A stretch of 64,000 nt of DNA from Chiloscyllium plagiosum (Eukaryota): contig NC_057728.1 of assembly GCF_004010195.1 (NCBI RefSeq), forward strand, positions 40,652,346 through 40,716,345, given 5' to 3'. Under the pieces are notes generated by a model. That model ran no database searches. It saw nothing but the letters and a program-made list of their open reading frames with translations, and was not told the origin of the DNA. Positions 50,328 through 61,548 of the stretch are shown here, in pieces. Position 1 is the stretch's first letter; each line of letters starts with the position of its first letter. The position numbers and the translations under genes are program-made.

Positions 50328-52904
50328 AATGGACAGTGATAGCAGTAAAAAAATTATTACACTTGTAATTTTTTTCTTCGAAAGCCTCAGCTGTAATATA
50401 CACAACCTGTATATTGTGATGCCCTTTAAATATAGGTCAATAAATAACCCTGTAGATTGCCATTGCAACTCCAGGTGGTATATCTTTCCTTCTCCAGTCA
50501 AAAGGGCAGGATATTCTGGGCCATTGCCTTTGGCATCACTGCTCTGTAATTAGCTGACAAAAATGTTCATGTACGAGACAGGAGAGTGCCTGCCAGTTTT
50601 CCTTTGCACGTCCTTCACTAAAACAGGCAGTTGAACGTTCTGCTGCCATTCACAACTCTACGTAATGGACTCAGGTTCTGACAAAATTGACGCATACAAA
50701 TCACAGTGGAAGGATATACTTCAGACTGGCAAAGGTCTGAATTGAGGACCAAAGTTATTATATTTGCCATGTGTCTTAATGGTTACAGAACTGGAGAACA
50801 ATTCCTACAAAGGGGGTTATTAGGTCATGTGGGCACAAAGGATAAAGAAAAAAATAGGAGTGGTGAAAGGGCATAACTGGAAAGGTGCTGAAATGATTTT
50901 CCTATATTTAACATGTTCAATTGCCTGTTCTGTAAACAAAAGGAAAATGAAATCTAGATTTTTAAAAATACATCTAACAGAGAGGACATTTTAATTTAAT
51001 AGAATATCTCCTATTACTGAGGAGAATCAGAACCGTGATATGTAGTGATTTTAAAGATTCAGCTAAAGACAGTATTAAATAACTAATTAATCAACTAATT
51101 GTGATCAGATCAGAGTTACTGGAGGTTTATAAACATTTGGGAGAAATCTGTTCTAGATTTTTTCAGATAACTTCCTACTTTAAATTTCTCTGTCACTATC
51201 ATGATAATAAGTAATACGGTAACATAGTGATCAATTAATATTAACTTCTTTCACTTTTCTAAGTTAACATTGGTAACAGTAATTAACCAACCCAGATGTG
51301 GACATTTTAATACAATGGTAATTGAATCAAGGCATTATCCATTGCAGATATTATAAGTATTGTACTATTTATACCATTTCTTGGAAATTAGGAATAAATG
51401 GACTGCTGGAATTAATAAAGGATAAACTAATTTTAATTTTAAAATAATCTGATGACTTAAGAAAATTTTGTACTAAATATTCTTGAAAGCATTAACAAGA
51501 CCAGACCCGTCTATGTTTAAAGACAAAGAGATTTGTTTTAAATTGATTTGCCTATCATGTTTTATCCAAATCCTCCCTATTTCTGTGATTTGCAGTGGAC
51601 AGTTATTTTTGAAGAATGAAATCAGTCCCGTTTGTTCTGCACTTTCAGCTTGGGCTAATTCACTCATGCTTAGCTTTAGATTCAGTTGCACTGCCATTCA
51701 CAGATCAGCTGTTCTCTCTCTCGAAGCTGTGCCCAGTGACTGGCTAGGTGACAGGAGCTAAAAGTGGTAGGTATTACTCAGTAGAAGCCACACATGCAGT
51801 TTAACACAGCTATTTCTAAACGGGAATGTACAGGAGCAGAAAAGGCCATTTCAGTTCATCTGTTTGGTCCCAGAGTTAAATAACAACTTCGAAAAACCTT
51901 ATTTTGGAGCCAGACTTACAAATCTGGTTGAATCTCAGGCTCAAAATGATCAAATGGACTTAAAATTTGCATAGGAACATTGCAATCCAATTTGAAAGGA
52001 TGTCACATTCACACTGTTCCAGATGTGAATCTTGAAGGTGTGACAAAATTTATTTTAGTGCATTTAAATTGATTAGGATTTTAAAATGTCTGGAAAATAT
52101 TTTGATGAGCCTTTGGAAAGGTTCAATTGGCAAAGTAACCTTTGGCAAATCTGAAGGAGGAAATAGATATGTACGAACAAGTAGGCGTGATATGGAAGAG
52201 GATTCAAAGTACAAGCATGAGGTTTTACTTAGCCGTAATGCAGTCCAGCATCTGGCCCCATATCTGATGACTGTTCACTCCTTATCTGCTTTCCTTTCAG
52301 GCCACTTCCTTAAAACCTATCTCCATGACCACCCATCCGAATAACCCTTTCATGAAATATCATTCTGAAATTAATATCATTCTGAAATGCTTGGGGCATT
52401 TCATTATATTGAAGCCTTGATATAAAAGCAAATTGTTGTTGGAACCATTGAAAGGTTTTAAGGAGTATGCGCTGTGTGAATAGATAGTGCAACAATATAT
52501 TTAGATATATTTCTTTGTATCACGGCACCTGGGATGTCAATCAGGCTGTGTACATTATTGATCATTCTGTCACACCTTCTTTAATGTAATACTAATACAA
52601 GACAATGCTTTTCCTACTGCAAGCTTTTTGCAACTTCCCATAAACAACAGTGAATATTTCTACTTGACCATTATGTTGCAATAATTTGTGAAATGTTATT
52701 TCATCTCTCCATAGGTCAGCAAAGGCAATATCCCACACGGGTTATAGATTCATACACGATAAGTTCTGTTGTAAATCCCAAAATTATTGACAAAGCTACA
52801 AATAATATATAATTCTGAATGCAATAATATTAATCACTGCCCTGAGAACCTTTAAGAGATGAGAAAGATGACAATTTAGAAAGCAATTAACAGTGTTCTT
52901 GTTT

Positions 52905-53085
52905 TGGAGACTAAGTGTAGCATAATGGCAGCGCAGGCAGTGGAATGTTCCTCCTGCAGGATGTTTGAGGTAGGGGTGACCACCGATACTCCTGCCGACT
53001 TCATCTGCAGGAAATGCAGTCAGCTCCTGCTCCTCACAGAACGCGTTATGGAACTGGAGCTGGAGTTGGATGAACTGAGGATTAT
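52905..53085 (+). mobile_element. Isolated CR1 ORF1 N-terminal fragment (Cys finger + leucine zipper)
   Basis: ATG at 52925: MAAQAVECSSCRMFEV...PADFICRKCSQLLLLTERVMELELELDELRII. Confidence 0.8.
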
Positions 53086-53265
53086 TAGTTACAGCTTCAG
53101 ATAACAGATTCGTCAAACATAATTTGCCTTCTTATGTTGACTTGCAGAATCAATTAAGTTATAGTGTTGCCTTTATCACTGTTTAGTTCCATTCTACTCT
53201 GGTTCTAATCCTTCCCATGGAATTGAAGTTAAGCTCACTTCTAATTTATTGGGTTCTTCAAAGTT

Positions 53266-53325
53266 TAGAACATAGAACATTACAGCACAGTACAGGCCCT
53301 TCGGCCCTCGATGTTGCACCGACCT
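53266..53325 (-). mobile_element. Very short CR1 3' tail
   Basis: tagaacatagaacattacagcacagtacaggcccttcggccctcgatgttgcaccgacc is similar to the reverse complement of 56645-56710. Confidence 0.8.
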
Positions 53326-53359
53326 TTTGTTGCATCATTTATATGATTATGGCTTTTTA

Positions 53360-53620
53360 AATTCATTCATGGGATGTGGGTGTCGCTGGCTAGGCTAGTA
53401 TTTATTGCCAATCCCTAGTTGCGCAGAAGGCAGTGAAGAATCAACCACATTGCTGTCAAATTGGAGTCACATGTAAGCCAGATTGGGTAAGGATGGCAGT
53501 TTCCTTCCCTAAAGAACATTAGTGAACCAGATAATTTTTCCAACAATGGTTTCATGGTCATCATTTGATTCTTAATTCCAGACTTTTTTTGTTGAATTCA
53601 ATTTCTGTCATAATTCCTGG
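53360..53620 (-). mobile_element. tRNA-SINE (partner of the second CR1 family), 5'-degraded
   Basis: attcattcatgggatgtgggtgtcgctggctaggc...ggagtcacatgtaagccaga...ttagtgaaccaga...ttaattccaga. Confidence 0.8.
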
Positions 53621-53752
53621 GTCTCTTGATCTCATACAACCTTTCTAGAAATTGAATGCATTGTCCTGCTTTCTCCCTAAATCCATAAATACTTTATTTA
53701 ACTCCTTCGTGAAAATATAAATTCTTTTAGCTGCAATCGCTTTTTGTGACAG

Positions 53753-54490
53753 AATTGGTGAGGACACTTTTGGATATACTGTACAGTTCTGGTCGCTCTG
53801 CTATAAGAAGGACATTGTTAAATTGCAGAGAGTTCAGAAAAGATTTACCAGGTTGTTGTTGGGACTGGTGGATTTGAGTTATAGGGAGAGGTTGGATAGG
53901 GTAGGACTTTTTTCATTGGAACATAGAGGGTTGAGGGGTGACCTTATAGAGATTTATAAAATCATGAGGGGCATAGATAAGGTGAATAGCAAAGGTCTTT
54001 TCCCTTTGGTGGGGGGAGTTCAAAACAAGGGGGCATATTTTTAATGTGACAGGAGAAAGATTTGAAAGGAACATGAGGGTCAACTTTTTCACATAAAGGG
54101 TGGTCCCTATGTTAGATGAACTGCCAGGGGAATGATTGATGCAGATAGGGTTACAACATTTAAAGACATTTGAACAGTACATGAATAGGAAATGTTAGGA
54201 GAAAGTGAGGACTGCAGATGCTGGAGATCAGAGTCGAGAGTGTGGTGCTGGAAAAGCATAGCAGGTCAGGCAGCATCCGAGGAGCAGGAGAGTCGATGTT
54301 TCGGGCATAAGTCCTTCATTATGTCTGAAACACCAATTCTTCTGGTCTTTGGATGCTGCCTGACCTGCTGTGCTTTTCCAGCACCACACTCTCGAATAAA
54401 AAGGTTGCCAAACGCAGGCAAGTTTAAACTTGGTTGGCATGGACAAGTTGGACCAAAGGGTCCGTTTCCATGCTGTATGACTCTATGATT
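53753..54490 (+). mobile_element. HER1-like CR1 3' fragment containing a palindromic family-B pLTR insert (about 54195-54395)
   Basis: ORF 53823..54044 reads RVQKRFTRLL...LRGDLIEIYKIMRG; tail tgtatgactctatga. The insert has inverted arms tcgagagtgtggtgctggaaaagc / gcttttccagcaccacactctcga. Confidence 0.88.
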
Positions 54491-54494
54491 CTAA

Positions 54495-55095
54495 TTCAAC
54501 AGGCTCACCACTCTCAGGGTGAAGAAAATTCTCTTCATCGCATCCAAAATGGTCTACCTAGTTTCCTTGGACTGTAATCTCTGGTGCTGGATTCCCTGGT
54601 TACTGGAAACATCCTTTCTGCCTTTACCCTAGTAAGTCATGTTAAAATTTTATAAGTTTCTATGAGATAACCTCTTCCCCCACAATTCTTCTAAGCTTCA
54701 GTGAATATAGTCCAACCGAGCCAGTCTGTCTTCATTTAAGTCAATCCTACCAACCCAGGCATCAGCCTGGTAAGACTTTTGTTGCACTCTTTCATAGCCA
54801 CAAAATCCTTCCTGCGATAGGAGACCAAAACTGCATACAAGACCATATACAACTGCAGAAAGACATCCCTACTCCTGTACATGAATTTTCTTGCTATAAT
54901 GGCCAACATACCATTTGCCTTCTTCACTGCCTGCTGCGCTGCCATGCTTTCAGTGACTAATGTACAAGGATACCCAGGTGGTGTTGCAACTTCCCCTTTA
55001 CTAATTAATTGCCATTCCAGTGATAATCTGCAGTCCTGCTTTTTCTCCCAAATTGGGTAACCTCACATTTATTTACATAAAACTTTGTTGGGCAT
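54495..55095 (-). mobile_element. CR1 LINE fragment, antisense
   Basis: ORF 54736..54945 reads QQAVKKANGMLAIIARKFMYRSRDVFLQLY. Confidence 0.8.
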
Positions 55096-55478
55096 ACATT
55101 TGCTCTGCAAACCTCCTCCTCTATTTTTCTCATAAGCCTATTTACACAAATAGTGTAATCACAACCTTTTTACTTCCCAAAGCCAACCAAATGGATTTTC
55201 TCCTTACTCCAGTAAAAAAAATTATTTCCCAACATTCAATTGTTCTCTAATCTGTTCTGCAAACACATTTTCCTATGTTTTCTTGGCTATCTTTTCTGAA
55301 CATTTTCGGTATTCTAGAACTGAATTTTACTGGACACCATATTCTCCTGGCCAATATGTTAGTCAGGAGGCTGCTGACAAGGTGTTCTCAGCCCTGCAGT
55401 CATTTAGGCCTGAGGGTTAGCTCAGGCCAAGATATTCACACTCATCTGAGGAGGACGGTTCACTTTATAAAGCTGCCA

Positions 55479-55568
55479 TTCCTGAAGAAGGGCTCATGCC
55501 CGAAACGTCGATTCTCCTGCTCCTTGGATGCTGCCTGACCTGCTGCGCTTTTCCAGCAACACATTTTC
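55479..55568 (+). mobile_element. Penelope-like pLTR family B with 8-bp TSD
   Basis: agctgcca occurs at 55471-55478 and 55569-55576. Part of it may be microhomology with the element ends. Confidence 0.8.
55480..55511 (+). ncRNA. Minimal hammerhead ribozyme, intact core
   Basis: tc-CTGAAGA-a-GGGC-tcat-GCCC-GAAA-cg-TC-ga. Predicted cleavage is after C55509. Confidence 0.78.
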
Positions 55569-55817
55569 AGCTGCCAACCAATCAAATTGACTGGTAACTC
55601 TGTAGTCCCAGAAACACCAGTTTTAAACAGTGGTCACTGACTGGTAGACCCCATTGAGGGATGTGACAGTGCAGTGCCAGATATGAGACGCCAGTGAGCA
55701 AGTTCAATGGGGCATGATCTTGAGTCAGGCACAGGGGATTTTCAAAAGAATTTCACCATTAATTTGCCTTACAACAGCTTACTTAATTTTTATTTAGAAA
55801 ACAAATGGGCTGCCTAA

Positions 55818-56180
55818 TTCATTTTGTTCAGTCATGGGATGTGGGTATCACTGCCTTAGGCCAACATTTATTTCCCATGCCTAATTGCCCTTGAGTGGCT
55901 TGCTTGACTATTTCAGAAGACAGTTAAAAATCAACCATAATACTGTGGGTCTGGAGTTACCCATAGACCAGACCAGGTAAGGACAGCAGATTTCTGTCAC
56001 AAAAGGTGGATTTTTATGACAATCAACAGTGGTTACATGTTCGCCATTATGTTTACTTTTAATTCCAGATACAAATTTCAATATCTGGCATGGGGGGGGG
56101 GGATTTCAAACCCACATCCCCAGAGTATTTTTCAGGGCTCTAAATGACTAGCCCAATGGCATAACTACTATGCCACCACC
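55818..56180 (-). mobile_element. tRNA-SINE, near full length, with a tail shared with the second CR1 family
   Basis: Minus-strand head ggtggtggcatagtagttatgccattgggctagtc...gggtttgaaatcc; tail antisense gtcatgggatgtgggtatcactgcc...cctaattgcccttgag. Confidence 0.8.
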
Positions 56181-56289
56181 TTACTTCCTCAGCTGCCCTC
56201 TCTTGCGAATAAAATGATGACAGGGTTGGAATGAAGCTCTGGCCATGTAAAGGCCTCAATATGCCACAAGGTTGAATGGACTGCCTGAT

Positions 56290-56712
56290 GTTTGCCTGGA
56301 ATGGAGAATAGGTCGTACGAGGATAGGTTGAGAGTTCTCGGCCTTTTCTCGTTGGAACGGCGAAGGATGAGGGGTGACTTGATAGAGGTTTATAAGATGA
56401 TCAGAGGAATAGATAGAGTAAACAGTCAGAAACTTTTTCCCCAGGTACAACAGAGTGTTACAAGGGGACATAAATTTAAGATGAAGGGTGGAAGGTATGG
56501 GGGGGTGTCAGGGGTAGGTTCTTTACCCAGAGAGTGGTGGGGGCATGTATTGCGCTGCCTGTGGGAGTGGCAGAGTCAGAATCATTGGCGACCTTTAAGC
56601 GGCAATTGGATAGGTACATGGATGGGTGCTTAAGCTAGGACAAATGTTCGGCACAACATCGTGGGCCGAAGGGCCTGTTCTGTGCTGTATTGTTCTATGT
56701 TCTATGTTCTAT
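56290..56712 (+). mobile_element. CR1 LINE 3' fragment with (TTCTATG)n tail, young
   Basis: ORF 56292..56633 reads PGMENRSYEDRLRVLGLFSLERRRMRGDLIEVYKMIRG; CpG-rich. Confidence 0.93.
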
Positions 56713-59194
56713 ATCATTAATATGCAAAGTCAAAACATAAATCCTTTCTTTAAAAAAAGATATAATATTTATCCAGTACTACATTTTTGAATACACTAAT
56801 TTTTGACAGTTGCTGCAAATATATGGCCATTTCAAAAGGTTTGCGGTGTTCAGCTGCCTTGGCTAAACTAATTTTAACGCTGAGGGTCAAGTTTCCATAG
56901 CCAAGTGTTATGCTACTTGCTGTGTGCTGCTGACCTCTTTCATAGCGACAAGGTTAACTGTGCCGTACTGTACTGAATCAGCAATTTCAGTCACTATGTT
57001 TGTCAGTCTACCAGCAGCTAAGAACCAAATTCTCAGAAAGTCATACTCAGCATTTGCACTAACAAACAGGAAGAGGAAAATTAAAATCAAGTTCCAAGTA
57101 AGAATCATTAATTGACCTATCAGACGCACAAATTTCCTTTTACTTACTGGAGAATTCTTTCTTCGTTAGTGAGTTAAGAGTGGAGTTCTAAAAGTATATC
57201 GTTTTCTTTGTAAATCATCTAAAAATAAATATGCCAGTTGGACGTTTCAGAAGCTAGCACTTATGGTTAATCCTGGCATTAACTGCTACCAAAACAGATG
57301 CAGACAATGGAGTTCCATTTAGGAAAAGGTTTCGAAAGCTATTTTTTAACGTGCAAAGCTTCCATTTCTCTATTTATCATGTAGCTAAATCAATATGTTA
57401 AATCAAGCGATTTACATTAAAAAATGAAACAGTCATTTAATACACAAATGCCTGATAATCATTACAGCTTTTACTTCCTATTATTTTCTTACTTTAACAT
57501 AGTGGCCTGGACTATATGGTTAGTAGTAACACCGTAACTCACCACAGAGATTGAAGAATGTTACCACAAAGATCTAGTGATCTCTTTGGTGTGGATCTTC
57601 CCCTTCCTGACTGTTTCAGCAGCCAAGTCAGGGAGATTCCCAAGCTTCAGTAGCAATTATACCATCAAGCAGGGCAAGCAATCACATTTAAGTATTCTCA
57701 CAGAAAGCAAACCAGGAAATAAACACTACTGAATCCTTTCACTTTTAACTTTAAATCTTTCTGGATGGCGTTGACACATCTGATTAAGCTAGAAGCTGAA
57801 GAAACATAAATAAACTTTTTTTCTTCAAACAATTGAGAACGTGTTGAGTTTTAACATAAAAGATATCCGACAGCGAACAAGTGTAAAGTTACCATTTTCA
57901 GCGTCTATGTGCATCTGTGAGTAATTAGTTCACTATTAAAAACCCAATTAAAACTTATTCAACAAGGTTTGACATTTTGAAAGATTTTACATTTAATTAT
58001 GAATGTAAGAGTATACTCAGTCCATAAATTTTTTATGAATTGCATTCCAAAGAGATCTCAACAGCGTGCTCTCTGGTGAAGCATAGAATCACGAAAAGCA
58101 ACTTTGGATTTCTGTGTTTAATTATGTAAGTGCAGACGGCAGAAGCTGCTGTCTGCATCAGTGGAATAATAATGATAAACACTGAGAGTTTCGTTGTCAT
58201 TTTTACTGCAAAATCTGGGGAGTTTTTTTAAACTAAGAAATCTTTCAGTTGACCTTCAAACATACACTTCCTTATTTCAGAATATGTTCTTACAATATAT
58301 TTTTCACTGATAGTAATCGACTTCCTTCAGCTAACAGTTATGATAGTCACCTAAGTCCAGGAGACCTCACAAGTCATGGAGACTTAATAGATCTCCCTGC
58401 TCATAACTCCCAGATCCTATGCCATCTCCACCATACTCAATCGCCATGCTTACTCCTAAAGGAAAACATTTGTAGGGACATATAAATGCTGTCTAGATGT
58501 TGGCACATTTTCCTGGAAACAGGGAAACGGTAATTTTAGATTATTTTTAAATCGAATGTTAATGTTTTATTCAGTAAATTAAAGTTAATCGTGCTGTTAT
58601 TGCAAACTCCTTTCAGAGATACACCATTCAGCTCCGGTGCTTTCAAAGGTGATGTAGCACCACCTGGTGTTTGTATTGTGAGTTACAACAAAAGTAAGAT
58701 AATTGTGAATCTAAAACATATTTGCACAGATATTTAGTCTGTACACTTTTGCATTTTGTGAGGGAAAATTTGTGCAAACATTTAATAGAGAACTGGGCAA
58801 ATCCCCATAACTGTAAATTCGTACAGACTCCTGGAGTTTGCTTGAATACCTTTGGGGTATGAGGATTTCCCAGGATTTCTTTTCTTAAATAGTTAATCAC
58901 ATTCTTTTCTGGATTTTAGCCTATCATGGAACTACGTGGAGTGTGTTATGTGAAGGCATAAATGAAATACAGAGTTTGAATTGTGTCAGAGTGTGACAGG
59001 TTTTAAGTATCATCAAGTTATTTTATGTTTTTCATGTTCAGACTTTTCTGTCAGTTTGCTTTGAGATTCCTCACAAACCCCCTACTGCTTAGATCTTCAA
59101 TTGGGATGTGAACTCTACAAGACTGGTTCAGCGTCAATCTTAATACACTTGATAAAGACTGAACCATTGCTGTGGTACATTTGCCTCTGCATCA

Positions 59195-59560
59195 GAAGGC
59201 TCTACATGCAAGTCCCAGCGTACAACCTCAGCACAAAAATCACAGCTGACAATGCTGCACTGTTAGAGGCTCTATCTTACAGATGATATACTAAACCAAG
59301 ACTCTGCTTTATTGTGTGGCTACAAAGGCAAAAGTCACAGGCTTTTAATAAAAACAGCAGGCAATTTATCCTGCTGTCCTGGTCAATATTTATCCCACAT
59401 TTAACATTACAAAAACAGATCTTCTGTTCATTATCATATTGAGGTCACATGCTGTGTGCAAATGGACTATTGCATTTCCTGCATTATAAATATGTGTCTG
59501 GCTGAAAAGTACTCCACTGGCTATAAAATGCTTTGAGGTAACTATTAAAATTGCTCTAAA
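59195..59560 (+). mobile_element. Deu-domain SINE (SacSINE/AmnSINE-like), old
   Basis: gctgcactgttagaggctctatcttacagatga...tgtcctggtcaatatttatccc...aaaacagat...gctgtgtgcaaatgg...aaagtactccactggctataaaatgcttt. Confidence 0.7.
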
Positions 59561-60309
59561 CATCAATAACTTACTTTAAAAGAGATTAATTTCCTGATGC
59601 TTGACAGAAATAATGAAAGGACAAAATTTCACATTTTGAGATCTTTACTGAAATAAATTAATTAAAACCAACATAAATCAAATATTCATGTATTAGGCAA
59701 GTAATACACCAAACTAAAAAGACAGGCTTTTGCATTGACTAAATAACTCTGCTGAAGTAAATGTCAGAAAATATTTTTTGTACCTTGCTTCCAACAGATG
59801 TGTAACAAAACCAATAAACTTTCCAGTGACTTCCCGCTTTCCTGCAAGCTCAGTTCTCCCTCTCACACCATGTCAATCATCCCATGTTCCATGAAAATTG
59901 TCATTCAATCTGAATATTTTGTTTTATTATAAAAAATAGGAACAGTGTATAATTAGACTAAACTTATCTGAACATGCATGAGATAGTAAGTCTTAAGTTA
60001 TACAACAAATAAAGTTATGAGTGTCTGTGAGAAACTGTGTGTGTGAGTGTGAGTGTAAAGGGGTATAAGTCTGTGAGAGGGTGCATGTGTGTGTGTGAAT
60101 GTGGGAGTGTATGTGTAAGCGTATGAGAGAGAGCTTGTGTATGAGAGAGGGTCTGGTGTGTGTAGGAGTGCCTGTGTGTGTGTTTCTGTCTGTCTGTGAG
60201 TATGCATCTGTCTATGTGTGTGCATGCATGTGTGTGTCTGTCTGTCTGTCTGAGTATAGACGCACACTCACAGACACACACAGACATAGACACACAGACA
60301 CTCCTACAC

Positions 60310-60630
60310 ATGGGGTGCTGGAGGCCAGAACTAGAGCGCATGGGTTTATGGTGAGAGGGAAAAGATATAAAAGAGACTTAAGGGGCAACTTTTTCAAGCA
60401 CAGGGTGGGGTGTGTGTGAAATGGATTGCCAGAGGAAATGGTGGAGGCTGTACAATTGCAACATTTAAAAGGCATTTGGATGGGTATATGAATAGGAAGG
60501 ATTTGGAGGGATATGGACTGAGTGCTGGCAGGTGGTACTAGATTGGGTTGGGATATCTGGTCAGCATGGACAATTTGGACTGAAAGGTCTGTTTCTGTGT
60601 TGTACATCACTATGACTCTATGACTATGAC
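60310..60630 (+). mobile_element. HER1-like 3' fragment nested in the Penelope-like element, 11-bp TSD
   Basis: acactcctaca occurs at 60298-60308 and 60633-60643; tail tatgactctatgactatgac. Confidence 0.9.
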
Positions 60631-61231
60631 ATACACTCCTACAGACACACACACACACACTCCCACAGACCCATGCTCTCCCGCAGACCCTCTCTCATAC
60701 ACAAGCTCTCTCTCATACGCTCACACATTCACTTCCACACTCACATGCACACACGCACCCTCTCACAGACTTGTACCTCTTTACACTCACACTCACATAC
60801 TCTCTCACAGACACTCATACCACCCCCCACATGCACACACACACAGATGTTTGTGGGGTGAATTTGTACTTGCAGAATTTCATTTTATGTTGCTCAAAAA
60901 CTGCGTGAATCCATGTACAATTCTGTAAATCTGTTTTTTAGATTAGAATCCATCTGACCATTGTGGCACAGACAGTCTCACACAGGGCACCTTACACCTT
61001 AAAAAAATTATCTGGGCCGACATGACACCAATTGTTAAAGTTCACTTGAGAATGTAACTTTTAAAAAAGGTTTTGCAATTTACATATGAAACAACTGAAA
61101 CCAACATGTTCATTCTAAAAGATGAGAGACTTAACAAACAATCCAGGTCTTTTTCAATGTATAATTTCAGTTACACCACACTGTAAACTTTTGCTATCAA
61201 TTCTGTGTCTTACGATCTTATACTCCACAAC

Positions 61232-61266
61232 CACCTGATGAAGGAGCAGCGCTCCGAAAGCTAGTG
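61232..61266 (+). ncRNA. Minimal hammerhead ribozyme, intact (family A)
   Basis: CAC-CTGATGA-a-GGAGC-agc-GCTCC-GAAA-gc-TA-GTG. Stem I is CAC/GTG, stem II is 5 bp and stem III AGCT is palindromic. Predicted cleavage is after A61263. Confidence 0.83.
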
Positions 61267-61335
61267 CTTCCAATAAACCTGTTGGACTATAACCTGGTAT
61301 TGTGTGATTTTAAACTTGTAAGTCTGCCAGGAATT

Positions 61336-61548
61336 TTAGTCGAGAGTGTGGTGCAGGAAAAGCACAGAAGGTCAGGTAGCATCCGAGGAGCAGGAGAATC
61401 AACGTTTCGGGTATAAGCCATTTCCGATTGAAGGGCTTACGCCCAAAACGTTGATTCTCCTGCTCCTCGGATGCTGTCTGACCAGCTGTGTTTTCTCAGC
61501 ACCAAATTCTCAACTCTGATCTCCAGCATCTGCAGTGCTCTCTTTCTC
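61336..61548. mobile_element. Palindromic family-B pLTR mini-element inserted in the pogo transposase, 12-bp TSD
   Basis: ctgccaggaatt (61324-61335) / ctgctaggaatt (61549-61560); inverted arms around 61420-61430. Confidence 0.85.

Larger units (their letters stand above)
60017..61317 (+). mobile_element. Penelope-like family A 3' region with CA-rich segment and inverted 5' copy, ending in a pLTR
   Basis: About 60017-60155 is the reverse complement of about 60685-60818. It ends with the hammerhead and aaacctgttggactataacctgg...tgattttaaactt. Possible 8-bp TSD gtaagtct (59986-59993, 61318-61325). Confidence 0.8.

Noticed and set aside
59998..60928. His/Thr- and Cys/Val-rich ORFs
   Set aside because: They are translations of CA/TG low-complexity repeats.
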